A stretch of DNA of 63,257 nucleotides, counting the filler. It is 6 parts of 6 records of this genome, joined end to end, with 100 filler letters (N's around TTAATTAATTAA, not from the genome) between each part and the next. Parts side by side here need not be neighbours in the genome. Positions count along the whole stretch, not along the records: positions 40,540 to 49,377 come from SRR31147125_29634; positions 49,478 to 57,243 come from SRR31147125_29641; 4 more parts are not named here. One strand, 5' to 3'. A program made the position numbers and the translations under genes. How positions within the stretch are numbered: the first letter of the stretch is position 1; every line of letters starts with the position of its first letter. The notes beneath the pieces are model-generated. The model was not told the origin of the DNA, did not search any database, and worked only from the letters and a program-made list of their open reading frames with translations. Shown here in pieces: positions 46,568 through 56,952 of the stretch.

Positions 46568-49066
46568 TCAGGTGGTTTTGAGTTGATAACGTTGAACATA
46601 GGGTATTAAAGCGACAATCAATAAAATATAAACCAAAGCGATTGAAATACCCATGATCCACATGCTTGGGTAAAATGCTTTTGGTTCAAGACGGAATTCG
46701 ACTGTACTTTTACCGGCCGGGACAATGACACCTCGCAACACGTGATCTGTTTTTAAAATGTCTGTCTCCTGGCCGTTTACAAAGGCGTTCCAACCACCTG
46801 TATAATAAATCTCACTCAGTACGAGTAAGCATTGTTTGTCTGTCTCTACATCAATAGTCACAAAATTGGGCTCGTAACGGCTCACCTCTGTTTTCCATTC
46901 AGAGGGTTCTTCAATAGGCGATAGACACTCTTTTTCCAAAATGGCTGTTTTTGCCGGATCAAAAGAGGATTCATTCAATCTGGCAAAACGGGTTTTTCGA
47001 TCCGGAATCACCTCGGTCTGACCTAAACAGAACGCTCGTGGCAATACAGCCTGATTCTCAAATACAGAAATCTGGTTCTGCTGATCCGTATAGATTGGCT
47101 TTAGATCTGGATGCTTAATTAAACCCTGCGCCACAATATATTTCGTGTTCAGCATATTGACAATATTCCAGTTGATGGGCAGGCGTGCGTCGTTCTGAAA
47201 ACCGGGATCTGTACCTTTATAGAGGCAAAATTCGCGAAGGTCCTGGTAAATGCGAAGTTTCGCCGGATGGTAACCTTCAATGGATTCATGGTGATAGGAC
47301 CAATGACTGGTGTTTTGGCCAACATTGCCCACAGGAAAGATTCTGTGTGGCTGCGGGTCCTTTTTGATAAATTGATCTACCGGCATTTCAGTAAAATAAC
47401 GGTCCAACTGATCTTTTCCCATCAGATTATCCATATATCTGTTGTTTATGCCAAATAAATCCAGTAAAAGCAGAACAACAACAGCCATCACAAAGAAGGG
47501 ACGGTTTATCCATCGTTTTAGTGCCGCAAAAATGACTACAAAAATTCCAGAGCTGAACAGCAGCATACGGAACGCATCCTGCCGCATAAATTCATACCTG
47601 GCCGTCTTTATCAACGCAAGAACCTCCGGATTATAGCGTGATAGTTCGTCCGGTCGGGCAAAAGCGAACAGGTTTTTTAGTAAAAATGGAACCAAACCTA
47701 TGGCTAAAAATACGAAAAACAGGATACTTGTTCCTTTTACTACTTTTTTCAACGATTCTTTATCTTCGAATAATCGAATGATATAATCAAATCCAATCCC
47801 GGCCAACATGGCAAAGGAAAAATGCACGATAATGATAATCATGGTAGGTACACGGAATTTATCAAAAAAGGGCATATAACTAAAAAAGACCTTGTAAAGA
47901 ATCGGAAAATGACGGCCAAACGCGAGTAAAAGCGAAAATATAACAAGTAAGCCCAATATAATAGTACGCCGCTGCTGTCGTTGAAAAAACAACGCAAGAG
48001 CGGCAAGAAATAACGTGACAACGCCCAGGTAATCGGTTGATGATGTAAATGGCATATGGCCCCAATAGCCGGGTATGGTTTGTCCTTTTAACCGTGGTGC
48101 ATCTGTTCCCTGATAACGTTCGCTGGAATCACCACCATAGAATCGGGGCATAAGAAAATTAAACATTTCTCCGGGATGCAGGGACCAACTCGTCGCATAG
48201 TCCATGCTCAGTCCGGAGGAATCTTTTTCACCTGTTCCGCCGCGTATCGACGACTTGCTGTATTCCTGTACCATCATGGTGGAAAACGCGGACATGGTAA
48301 CCGCCACAAAAAGAGCGCACATAATAAAGAACGTTTTTAATCCAATGCCTTTAAAATCCTTTTGACGCGCCAGTTGCACAAAATGATCGATCCCGAAAAA
48401 TGCCAGAACCAGTGAAGCATAAAACATGATCTGGTAATGCCCCGCTCGAAAACCCATGCCAAATGCGATGGTAAATAAAACAATATTCAAAAGGTTTACT
48501 TTTTTGAGTAAACGTAAAAAGGTGAGCAAGATAAATGGCATCAACATGATGGTTTGCACCTTGCTGTTGTGACCAGCCTCCAACAGTCCAATCAGGTGCG
48601 GCCACCAGATAAAAGCCAGTCCGGTCACAAATCCTGTTGCCATGGTATAATTCCAAAAACGCATCAGCAAAAACATGCCAATCGCACCGAGGAAAAAATA
48701 GACAACCCGCCAATTGAAAAGGGCATTTAAACCATTTATGATATAACGGGCCGGTTGTTCAAAAGGTGGTTTCAATGAGATAAGGTGTGAGGGCATACCG
48801 GAAAATACATTGTTTGCCCAAAATGGTGTATAGCCATATTCTTTTCTGGCTTCTATAATCGAATTGGCATTGCCTTTCCAGGCAATAATGTCTGTGGATG
48901 CCGGCTCCTTGCCCTGGAAAACGATCGGAGAAAAATAGGCTACGATGATAACGAATAATAAACCAAGACTCAATGTGTATTGCCAGTTTCGGGAGAGATT
49001 GTTTAATGAAAAACTCTGTTTTGGCTTGGCAACCGGTTTTGATTTTTTTACTTTTTTCCTGGCCAT
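46568..49066 (-). CDS. YfhO-family multi-pass membrane protein (GT-C-like)
   Basis: W.NNVFSGMP, GHNSK, HYQI.FY, FDKFRVP, GYHPAKL and LVLSEIYY.GW.A motifs, many TM helices. Confidence 0.88.
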   Translation of the reverse strand: MARKKVKKSKPVAKPKQSFSLNNLSRNWQYTLSLGLLFVIIVAYFSPIVFQGKEPASTDIIAWKGNANSIIEARKEYGYTPFWANNVFSGMPSHLISLKPPFEQPARYIINGLNALFNWRVVYFFLGAIGMFLLMRFWNYTMATGFVTGLAFIWWPHLIGLLEAGHNSKVQTIMLMPFILLTFLRLLKKVNLLNIVLFTIAFGMGFRAGHYQIMFYASLVLAFFGIDHFVQLARQKDFKGIGLKTFFIMCALFVAVTMSAFSTMMVQEYSKSSIRGGTGEKDSSGLSMDYATSWSLHPGEMFNFLMPRFYGGDSSERYQGTDAPRLKGQTIPGYWGHMPFTSSTDYLGVVTLFLAALALFFQRQQRRTIILGLLVIFSLLLAFGRHFPILYKVFFSYMPFFDKFRVPTMIIIIVHFSFAMLAGIGFDYIIRLFEDKESLKKVVKGTSILFFVFLAIGLVPFLLKNLFAFARPDELSRYNPEVLALIKTARYEFMRQDAFRMLLFSSGIFVVIFAALKRWINRPFFVMAVVVLLLLDLFGINNRYMDNLMGKDQLDRYFTEMPVDQFIKKDPQPHRIFPVGNVGQNTSHWSYHHESIEGYHPAKLRIYQDLREFCLYKGTDPGFQNDARLPINWNIVNMLNTKYIVAQGLIKHPDLKPIYTDQQNQISVFENQAVLPRAFCLGQTEVIPDRKTRFARLNESSFDPAKTAILEKECLSPIEEPSEWKTEVSRYEPNFVTIDVETDKQCLLVLSEIYYTGGWNAFVNGQETDILKTDHVLRGVIVPAGKSTVEFRLEPKAFYPSMWIMGISIALVYILLIVALIPYVQRYQLKTT

Positions 49067-49377
49067 AACTCCACCTTTTTACATAATATAACAGAAAAGA
49101 CAAAATATTTTATAAATCAAGATACTAAAAATAATCACAATAAAAATAATTTAACGCTTAACCACCACTACACTATATTTTAAAAATGAAACATTGCAAA
49201 ATAGAGTATTTGAAATAATTTAATGTAACAAATTCAATTATATAAAGATATAATGAAAATGCCCACCTGTTAACACTTTAAAAATCCGCTTCATATGTCG
49301 ACTATAGGTCACTAATTAAAACAGATAAATGGTATTCCTGATCCGAAATGGAAAAATCATGACACATCCTCAAACAA

Positions 49378-49477
49378 NNNNNNNNNNNNNNNNNNNNNNN
49401 NNNNNNNNNNNNNNNNNNNNNTTAATTAATTAANNNNNNNNNNNNNNNNNNNNNNNNNNNNNNNNNNNNNNNNNNNN
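49378..49477. other. Artificial contig spacer
   Basis: 44 N + TTAATTAATTAA + 44 N. Confidence 0.99.
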
Positions 49478-49479
49478 GC

Positions 49480-49887
49480 CCAATATATAAAAACATAGGT
49501 GGATACACTTATGATTCTACTTACGGAGGACCGATTGGATCCGTAATTACTCCCTTCTATAAAGGGTATAGTAAATACAATCATTTAAGCTCTGCTTGTT
49601 CTGTTTGCGGCAATTGTACAGAAGTTTGTCCAGTGAAAATTCCGCTTCATAATATGTTGCTTTACAATAGAAGGGATGCAGTTGAACAAGGGAATTCGAG
49701 TTTTCTTTGGAATGCTGGAATGAAAGCTTTTGAGTATGCTTTTTCAAAAAGAAAACGATTAGATATGGTGGGAGGCAAAACAAAAAATAAACTAGCGATG
49801 TTTGGTAAAGATGGGCTAGGTAAGAAAAAAGAAATGCCACGTTTTGCAGAAAAATCGTTTAGTCAACAATGGAAAAATAAATCCTAA
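49480..49887 (+). CDS. lutB: LutB/LldF lactate utilization Fe-S protein, C-terminal fragment
   Basis: The frame is open from the contig edge: PIYKNIGGYTY.STYGGPIGSVITP...SSACSVCGNCTEVCPVKIPLH. Confidence 0.88.
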   Translation, partial: PIYKNIGGYTYDSTYGGPIGSVITPFYKGYSKYNHLSSACSVCGNCTEVCPVKIPLHNMLLYNRRDAVEQGNSSFLWNAGMKAFEYAFSKRKRLDMVGGKTKNKLAMFGKDGLGKKKEMPRFAEKSFSQQWKNKS

Positions 49888-49893
49888 ACACAT

Positions 49894-50337
49894 ATGCTTT
49901 CAAATACGTGTAAATATGCACTTCGCGCATTAATCTATCTGGGAAAAAATTCTGAAGATGGTATTAAGATTGGAATAAAGAAGATAGCTAGTGACCTAGA
50001 TATTCCAACTCCTTTTTTAGGGAAAATACTTCAAAATCTAGTCAAACAGAAAGTTCTTAATTCGACGAAAGGACCTAACGGAGGTTTTGGCTTTGGTAAA
50101 AAGCCTGAAGAAATCTCATTATATGAAATTGTGAGTATTATAGATGGGGAAGATTTTTTTAAAAATTGTCTGATTAGTCATGAACCATGCTCTACACATC
50201 ACGATGAGGGACAACCATGTCCTGTTCACAATAAGTTTAGTGAGGTTCGTAAACAGCTGGAAACGTTTTATATAGAAACTACAATTGCTGTAATTATTGA
50301 TGATATGGCAGGTCATGAAGACTTGATAAAAATGTAA
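49894..50337 (+). CDS. Rrf2-family transcriptional regulator
   Basis: CKYALRALIYL, FLGKILQ.L, STKGPNGGF, and a C-x6-C-x9-CPVH cluster. Confidence 0.93.
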   Translation: MLSNTCKYALRALIYLGKNSEDGIKIGIKKIASDLDIPTPFLGKILQNLVKQKVLNSTKGPNGGFGFGKKPEEISLYEIVSIIDGEDFFKNCLISHEPCSTHHDEGQPCPVHNKFSEVRKQLETFYIETTIAVIIDDMAGHEDLIKM

Positions 50338-50378
50338 AGAACATTCCGGCCTGACGGCATGTTATAATACTTCAAAAT

Positions 50379-51515
50379 ATGGCCGGAATCTATATTCATA
50401 TTCCTTTTTGCAAAACAAAGTGTCATTATTGCGATTTTTATAAATCGACCGATTTTGCTGCAAAAACTGATTTCCTATCTGCCTTAAGAATTGAAATAAT
50501 TCAACGTAAAGATGAATTGGCAAAGCAAACTATCGAAAGCATTTATTTTGGAGGTGGTACTCCTTCTGTACTAAAAAAAGAAGAGATTGAACAAATCCTC
50601 AGTGATATTCAAGATCACTTTAAAATTTCTTCAGATATAGAAATCACCCTTGAGGCAAATCCAGATGATTTAAATAGACAATTTCTAAACGAATTGAAAG
50701 AGATTGGATTTAATCGGATTAGTATTGGAACACAATCGTTTTTGAATGATGATTTGAAGCGAATGAATAGGCGTCACAATTCTGATGATGCGATTGAATC
50801 AATTAATATTGCAAAAGAATCTGGCTTCAGCAATATTAGTATTGATTTGATTTATGGCCTACCAAACCAAACTCTTGAAGCCTGGGAAAAGAATGTTCAA
50901 CAAGCTTTGTCTTTAAATGTTCAACACATTTCAGCCTATCATTTAACGTATCATGAAGGAACTGTTTTTTACGATTATTTAAAAACAGGAAAAATTAAAG
51001 AATTGCCAGATGACAGAAGCCTGGAGCAATTTCATATTTTAAAAGAATTGCTTGAAGAAGGGGGTTTTGAACAGTATGAAATTTCAAATTTTGCTAAAAA
51101 TGAATTGTATTCAAGGCACAACAAATCGTATTGGCAAAGAAAATCGTATTTAGGCTTAGGTCCTTCGGCGCATTCTTTTGATCAAACAAGCAGGCGTTGG
51201 AATGTTTCAAGTTTAAGTAAGTATTTGAAGGCAATTAAGGAAGGTGATGATTTTTGGGAAAAAGAGCTTCTCTCCGAGCAAGATCAGTATAATGATTATA
51301 TAATTACCTCACTTCGTACAAAGTGGGGGATATCAATAGAGTATCTAGAAGAAAATTTTAAAAAGAAGTTTTCTAACCATTTTATAAATGAAACAGAACT
51401 ATTCATAAAATCGAATCACATTCAGTTTAAAAATAAGACCTATAAGTTAACTACAGAAGGTTTATTTATTTCTGATAAAATCATGGAAACTCTACTGTTT
51501 GTGGAAGATCTTTAA
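50379..51515 (+). CDS. hemW: Radical SAM heme chaperone HemW
   Basis: IYIHIPFCKTKCHYCDF, YFGGGTPS, EANPDD, YEISNF and HNKSYW motifs. Confidence 0.93.
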   Translation: MAGIYIHIPFCKTKCHYCDFYKSTDFAAKTDFLSALRIEIIQRKDELAKQTIESIYFGGGTPSVLKKEEIEQILSDIQDHFKISSDIEITLEANPDDLNRQFLNELKEIGFNRISIGTQSFLNDDLKRMNRRHNSDDAIESINIAKESGFSNISIDLIYGLPNQTLEAWEKNVQQALSLNVQHISAYHLTYHEGTVFYDYLKTGKIKELPDDRSLEQFHILKELLEEGGFEQYEISNFAKNELYSRHNKSYWQRKSYLGLGPSAHSFDQTSRRWNVSSLSKYLKAIKEGDDFWEKELLSEQDQYNDYIITSLRTKWGISIEYLEENFKKKFSNHFINETELFIKSNHIQFKNKTYKLTTEGLFISDKIMETLLFVEDL

Positions 51516-51562
51516 ATATTGTTAATTGTAAATTAGACAGGTTGCAGCAAGGGATATTTCCC

Positions 51563-51570
51563 TATCTTTG
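51563..51570 (+). promoter_or_regulatory. Bacteroidetes -7 promoter element TAnnTTTG
   Basis: TATCTTTG 21 nt upstream of the dut ATG (51592). Confidence 0.65.
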
Positions 51571-51591
51571 CAGTTTGAAAAAAAGCAAGTT

Positions 51592-52026
51592 ATGCAGGTT
51601 AAAATTGTAAACAAATCAAATAATCCGTTACCTAATTATAGTACTTCTTCATCGGCAGGAATGGATTTACGTGCCAATCTTGATGAAGAAATTGTTTTAA
51701 AACCTCTTGAGCGTATTTTGGTTCCAACGGGTTTATTCATTGAACTACCAGTTGGTTACGAAGCTCAAATTCGACCAAGAAGTGGACTGGCTCTTAAAAA
51801 AGGAATTTCAGTTTTAAACACTCCTGGCACAATTGATGCAGATTACAGAGGTGAAATTGGAATTATTTTGATTAACCTTTCCAACGAAGAATTTGTTATT
51901 AAGCATGGCGAGCGAATTTGCCAGATGGTAATTGCTTCGCATAAAACAGTTAGTTGGGATGAAGTTGAATTACTGGAAGAGACAGAACGTGGAGCTGGAG
52001 GATTTGGGCACACCGGCAAAAATTAA
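51592..52026 (+). CDS. dut: dUTP diphosphatase
   Basis: [26 protein letters not shown] and [10 protein letters not shown] motifs. Confidence 0.97.
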   Translation: MQVKIVNKSNNPLPNYSTSSSAGMDLRANLDEEIVLKPLERILVPTGLFIELPVGYEAQIRPRSGLALKKGISVLNTPGTIDADYRGEIGIILINLSNEEFVIKHGERICQMVIASHKTVSWDEVELLEETERGAGGFGHTGKN

Positions 52027-52035
52027 AACGGTTGA

Positions 52036-53820
52036 ATGACATTAAGTAGAACGACATATTTACTTCTTATTATTTTGTTTTTTTCTTCATGTGCAACTAC
52101 AAGAATTCCGGTAGTTAGCGAAGAAATTAAAAAGGAAGATACTCAGACTCAACTTTCCGAAGAAAAGGAAAAAGAATTTGAATACCTGTTTATTGAAGGC
52201 TTAAAACAAAAAAAGTTAGGCAAACAACAAGCTGCTGTTTCTCTTTTTTCAAGGTGTTTGGAGATTGATCCTAATTCAGCAGTTGCTATGTATGAATTAG
52301 CTGGATTGCACTTTGCAAATAAAGATTTAACAAGTGCTGCCTTAATTCTTGAAAAAGCAATTGAGATAATTGAAAAAGAGGATAAAATAAATCCGGAACA
52401 TAAGTGGTATAAGTTTATGTATGTTCAGGTTTTGCATCAACGAAAGCAATTTGCAGAAGCAGCAAAAATACTTCAACAGCTTCATGAAAATGAACCTGAT
52501 AACAAAGACTATCTCTATCAATTGGCAATTACTCATTCTGCTGCAAAGCAATATGAACAAGCCATTGAAGCGTATAATAAGTTGGAGAAAAAAACCGGAC
52601 TTAATGAACAAATTTCTGTTGCCAAACGACAAGTTTATACTGACTGGGAAAAACCAGAATTGGCTCTTGAAGAGATTAATAAACTTATAGAATCAAAGCC
52701 AGAAGAACCACAATATTACGGTTTGCTTGCTGAACAATATCAGTCGCAAGGAGATATGGATAATGCATTCAAGTATTATCAGAAAATACTTGAAATTGAG
52801 CCTGATAATGGTTTTGTGCATTTCTCATTTGCGAGCTTTTATATAGAAAAAGGGAATAAAGAAAAAGCATTTGAACATATTGAAAAAGCGTTTGCTAATA
52901 AAGAGTTGGACGTTGATACGAAAATTCAGTATTACATGCTTCAAACTGCCGACCCTGAAAATGTAGAATGGGACAACGAACAGATTGAAACGCTTTTAAA
53001 TATTTTATACAAAACTCATCCGGATGATAATCGGATGTACACCATGTTTGCAGAATATTTGATCAGACAGGGGAAATTGATTGAATCTCGCCAGTATTTG
53101 CGAAAATATTTGGAAAATGATCAATCAAGTTTTGTGATTTGGCAACAAATGATCTTCATATCAAATGATTTGCTCGATTTTGAAAGTGTTTATATAGATA
53201 CTAAAAAGGCTATTCAGTTATTTCCAAATCAATCGATACTGTATGCCTTAAATTCAGTCGCATGTATTCAGCTTGAAAAAAATCAGGAAGCACTTGATAT
53301 TCTGGCTGAAGGTGAACCTTATTTACTCGATAATAAGCAAATGAAAATTCAGTTTGAACTTTATAAAGCTGAAGCAAATTATAAACTGGGTTTTATAGAA
53401 CCGGCTTTTAAATCGTTTGATGAAGTTGTTCGTTTGGATCCGGATAATTACATGGCAATGAACAACTATGCTTATTACCTTTCTTTGCGAAGTGAAAGCC
53501 TTGAAAAAGCGGAAAGACTAAGTGGAAAAGTTGTACAGGAAAATCCCAATAATCCAACCTATCTTGATACGTATGCCTGGGTGTTATTTAAACGGAAAGA
53601 TTATCAACTTGCTAAATTTTATATTGAATCAGCACTTGATAAAGGAGGCAATGAAAATGCAGTGTTATTAGAACATTATGGTGATATTTTGTATATGTTG
53701 GGGGAAAAGGAAGAAGCCATAGAGAAGTGGAAAGAAGCTTTTGAGCTTGGGGATGGTTCAGCAGTACTAGAGCAAAAAGTAAAAGAATTGCGATATATCG
53801 AAGAAAAAGAAGGACTTTGA
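52036..53820 (+). CDS. TPR-repeat lipoprotein
   Basis: FSSC lipobox, many TPRs, NNYAYYL...DTYAWVLF...EHYGD tail. Usual neighbour of dut in Bacteroidetes. Confidence 0.88.
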   Translation: MTLSRTTYLLLIILFFSSCATTRIPVVSEEIKKEDTQTQLSEEKEKEFEYLFIEGLKQKKLGKQQAAVSLFSRCLEIDPNSAVAMYELAGLHFANKDLTSAALILEKAIEIIEKEDKINPEHKWYKFMYVQVLHQRKQFAEAAKILQQLHENEPDNKDYLYQLAITHSAAKQYEQAIEAYNKLEKKTGLNEQISVAKRQVYTDWEKPELALEEINKLIESKPEEPQYYGLLAEQYQSQGDMDNAFKYYQKILEIEPDNGFVHFSFASFYIEKGNKEKAFEHIEKAFANKELDVDTKIQYYMLQTADPENVEWDNEQIETLLNILYKTHPDDNRMYTMFAEYLIRQGKLIESRQYLRKYLENDQSSFVIWQQMIFISNDLLDFESVYIDTKKAIQLFPNQSILYALNSVACIQLEKNQEALDILAEGEPYLLDNKQMKIQFELYKAEANYKLGFIEPAFKSFDEVVRLDPDNYMAMNNYAYYLSLRSESLEKAERLSGKVVQENPNNPTYLDTYAWVLFKRKDYQLAKFYIESALDKGGNENAVLLEHYGDILYMLGEKEEAIEKWKEAFELGDGSAVLEQKVKELRYIEEKEGL

Positions 53821-54692
53821 AAACAAAACACTTTAAGCAATTAACAATTCTATTCGTTGTGTTAATCTTTGCGTTGGCATCGTGTAGAGCACCAAAATCA
53901 ATTACAACAGAAAGGGTTCGGTCAATTAGTACGAACAAGTTGATTAGAAGTATTGAAGACAATTCATTTGATTATGATTGGCTTTCAATAAAACGAATTG
54001 CCTGTCACTACGAAACGCCTGATGACAAAACGTCTTTCCGTGCTAATTTAAAATCGGAAAAAGATAAACGTATCCTTCTTACATTTAGTAAATTAAATGT
54101 TCCTGTTGGACGATTATTCCTAACCCCTGATAGCGTTAAGCTTATTAATTATTTAGACAAAAACTACCTACTAAAGAACTATGATTATTTAAGCAGTGTT
54201 GTTGATGCTGATCTCGACTTTGGAGTCGTTCAGTCGGTATTGAGCAATAGCCCATTCTCGTATAGGGATGATCCGAGGGATAATGATTATAAAGAATTTG
54301 TTTCTTACATTGATTCGGGCATGTATGTGCTTCAATCTCTAAAAAATAGGAAATTATCTAAAATAGAACGGAAAGGCAAAGAAGATAAAATTGACCGGTA
54401 TCTTAAAAAGTTAGATGAAGAAAACTTTGTGGTTCAGTCACTTTATATTGATCCAAATACATTTAAAATCAGGGAAATTATTCTTGATGATAAATCAAAT
54501 AACCGAAAAGTGAATATTGAATTCTCTGATTTTACAGAAGTTAAGAAACAACTTTATCCCGGCAATATTGACATTCGTTTTGAGAGTCCTTCAAAAACTT
54601 TGAAAATGAAAGTTAAACTTAGTAAGTTTTCACTCGAAGAAGAATCGAATTTCAATTTTAGAATTCCTGAAAGATACAATCAGGTTCATTAA
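53817..54692 (+). CDS. DUF4292-family lipoprotein
   Basis: LASC lipobox, RLFLTPDS, F.IPERY end, and dut-TPR-DUF4292-EnvC gene order. Confidence 0.8.
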   Translation: MKTKHFKQLTILFVVLIFALASCRAPKSITTERVRSISTNKLIRSIEDNSFDYDWLSIKRIACHYETPDDKTSFRANLKSEKDKRILLTFSKLNVPVGRLFLTPDSVKLINYLDKNYLLKNYDYLSSVVDADLDFGVVQSVLSNSPFSYRDDPRDNDYKEFVSYIDSGMYVLQSLKNRKLSKIERKGKEDKIDRYLKKLDEENFVVQSLYIDPNTFKIREIILDDKSNNRKVNIEFSDFTEVKKQLYPGNIDIRFESPSKTLKMKVKLSKFSLEEESNFNFRIPERYNQVH

Positions 54693-54704
54693 GTTTAAAC
54701 GACC

Positions 54705-55889
54705 ATGAGGAGCATTCTTTTTTGTATAATGCTTTTATTTTTGGGTTTGTCGCTTCAGGGGCAATCGTTAACAGAATTACGCGCCCAAAAAGTGAATACC
54801 TCACAGGTTATTAAATATACTTCTACTTTGCTTAATGAAGCCCGTAAAAACGAAAAGGCTACTCTGGGTAAACTTAGTCTTCTTAACAATCAAATAAGCT
54901 ACAGAAACCGCTTAATTGGCGATATAAACAACGAAATTGGTGCTTTGGACTACTACATCAATGAGAATACCGAAGTTGTGGCAATGATTAGAGGTGACCT
55001 GGATGCTTTGAAGAAGGAATATGCTTCAATGATTCAGTTTGCCCAAAAGAATAAGAACACCTATGATAAAATCTTATTTCTATTTTCATCCGAGAATATT
55101 AACCAGGCTTATCAACGCACGCTGTATTTAAGGCAGTACGCTAAATACCGAAAAAAGCAAGCCGATTTACTTTTGGTTTTAGCGAGTCTTTTGGATAAGA
55201 AAGTAGCAGGATTAAATAGGCTAAAAGATGGTAAGCTGGTTTTAATCGGTGAAAAAGAAAATGAAGCTGGACAGTTATTATCAGAAAAAAATCAGCAGAA
55301 TAAATACATTCAATCGTTACAGAAACAACAGCGTGAACTACGAAATAAACTAAGGGAGCAACAACGAATACAAAATAAGCTGAACCGTGAAATTGAAAAA
55401 CTGGTAGAAGAACAAGCCCGTCAGGCTCGTAAAAAAGGAGGTTTTCAGTTAACACCTGAGCAAAAGTTATTGGCTGTCGATTTTGAGAAAAACAAAGGCA
55501 GGATTCCGTGGCCGGTAGAGCGAGGTTTGATTACTGAAAAATTTGGGGTTCATGCTCATCCGGTTCTTAAGCAAGTGAAAGTAAAAAATAATGGAATTGA
55601 TATCACCACCTCAAAAAATTCCAAAGCCCGCGCAGTTTTCGATGGAGAAGTAAGCCGCGTGTTTGCAATTTCCGGAGGAAACATGGCTGTAATTATAAGG
55701 CATGGTAGTTTTTTATCGGTTTATTCAAACTTGCAGGAAGTATTTGTAAAACCCGGCGATCAGGTAAAAACTAAACAAGAAATTGGCTTAATTTACAGCG
55801 ATAAAAATGAAGGTGATAAAACAGTCCTGAAATTCCAAATCTGGAAAGAAAGCCAAAAGCAAAACCCGGAACACTGGATCAGCGGTTGA
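54705..55889 (+). CDS. EnvC-like murein hydrolase activator (coiled coil + degenerate M23)
   Basis: Long coiled coil, NKGRIPWPV, NNGIDI, IIRHG..SVYSNL and FQIW...NPE.W. Confidence 0.9.
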   Translation: MRSILFCIMLLFLGLSLQGQSLTELRAQKVNTSQVIKYTSTLLNEARKNEKATLGKLSLLNNQISYRNRLIGDINNEIGALDYYINENTEVVAMIRGDLDALKKEYASMIQFAQKNKNTYDKILFLFSSENINQAYQRTLYLRQYAKYRKKQADLLLVLASLLDKKVAGLNRLKDGKLVLIGEKENEAGQLLSEKNQQNKYIQSLQKQQRELRNKLREQQRIQNKLNREIEKLVEEQARQARKKGGFQLTPEQKLLAVDFEKNKGRIPWPVERGLITEKFGVHAHPVLKQVKVKNNGIDITTSKNSKARAVFDGEVSRVFAISGGNMAVIIRHGSFLSVYSNLQEVFVKPGDQVKTKQEIGLIYSDKNEGDKTVLKFQIWKESQKQNPEHWISG

Positions 55890-55931
55890 TTGAATAAGCA
55901 TAATACTAGGTGCAGCGAATTTTACTTTTAT

Positions 55932-56022
55932 GCTCACGCGCGATTATATCGCGTGGTTAGTTAACCATAATTACATCCTTCAAAACCCAAGCTAAACCAC
56001 ACGAAAGGATTCGTGCGGAAGC
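55932..56022. repeat. Pair of related REP-like palindromes in inverted orientation
   Basis: GCTCACGCGCGATTATATCGCGTGGTTAG (55932-55960) and GCTAAACCACACGAAAGGATTCGTGCGGAAGC (55991-56022). Confidence 0.45.
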
Positions 56023-56088
56023 CAAGATTTTTTCAAAAGACCGCATCCATATTTTACAAAAAAATCCTGGAAGAACCGGGATTAATGT

Positions 56089-56790
56089 TTATAAGTTTGC
56101 AACTCTGTTTAAGGCATTTATATCCAGAAGTTTAATTTTCCTTCCTTGCAATTCGATTAGCTTATCTTGCTTAAATTCAGAAAGCAATCGAATAACGCTT
56201 TCGGTAGCAGTACCAACAATATTGGCTAGTTCCTCGCGGGTAAGTGATATTTGAAGCGTATTTGCATTATCAAGATCAAAACTTTCTTTTAAAAGAAGTA
56301 AAACTTCAGCTAAACGTTCGCGTACCGTTTTTTGGGCAATATCGGTAATGTAATCATTTGCTTCTCGAAGTTCTTTACATACAATCTGGAGCATGTGATG
56401 TGAAAATTGCCAATTATTCTGAATAAGAAATAAAAGCGTTTGATAAGGAATATGACATAATACGGCTTCTTCAATTACTTTTGAAGTAGTACAAGCTAAT
56501 TCCTGACTTAGTAAAGAGCGGTAAGCAACAATTTCTCCTTGCTTCGCAAAGCGAATAATTTGTTCTTTTCCGTCAATTCCAGTTTTAAATATTTTTAGAA
56601 TTCCCTTTGTAACACAATAAAACCCGGTTAACCGACTGCCTTCCCTGTAAATTATACTGCCTTTTTTATACAATGAACAAGTTTTATCATAGTTCAATTG
56701 TGCAAATTCCTGATCAGTAAGTTTTTTAAATAAATGAAACCCTGAAAGATCACATTCTTCTTCTGTCGGCCTTTTTATTGAATTTCTCAT
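56089..56790 (-). CDS. Crp/Fnr-family transcriptional regulator
   Basis: cNMP-binding fold (YKKGSIIYREG, GKEQII), ERLA..LL and HTH LTREELANIVGTATESVIRLLS. Confidence 0.93.
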   Translation of the reverse strand: MRNSIKRPTEEECDLSGFHLFKKLTDQEFAQLNYDKTCSLYKKGSIIYREGSRLTGFYCVTKGILKIFKTGIDGKEQIIRFAKQGEIVAYRSLLSQELACTTSKVIEEAVLCHIPYQTLLFLIQNNWQFSHHMLQIVCKELREANDYITDIAQKTVRERLAEVLLLLKESFDLDNANTLQISLTREELANIVGTATESVIRLLSEFKQDKLIELQGRKIKLLDINALNRVANL

Positions 56791-56808
56791 GAACCTTTTT
56801 TATTAAGA

Positions 56809-56822
56809 TTGAATTAAATCAA
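56809..56822. promoter_or_regulatory. FNR-type box TTGAA-TTAA-ATCAA
   Basis: One mismatch to TTGAT-N4-ATCAA, 19 nt upstream of the Crp/Fnr start, in the divergent intergenic region with the OsmC gene. Confidence 0.5.
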
Positions 56823-56952
56823 GAAATTTATATTTAAATATACAATGATCTTTTATATTTGTAAAACTATTTATTTAGATATGTTAATGTATTATAAATT
56901 GGCATCAAAGTAAATAAAAACCAGATTATTAAAATATATAATATAGCTTGTT

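Noticed and set aside
49547-49840. 97-aa minus-strand ORF, and the many other short ORFs nested in long genes
   Set aside because: They are antisense or alternate-frame shadows of well-supported CDSs (here lutB).
51592-55889. dut-TPR-DUF4292-EnvC cluster as a novel system
   Set aside because: This is a common conserved gene order in Bacteroidota.
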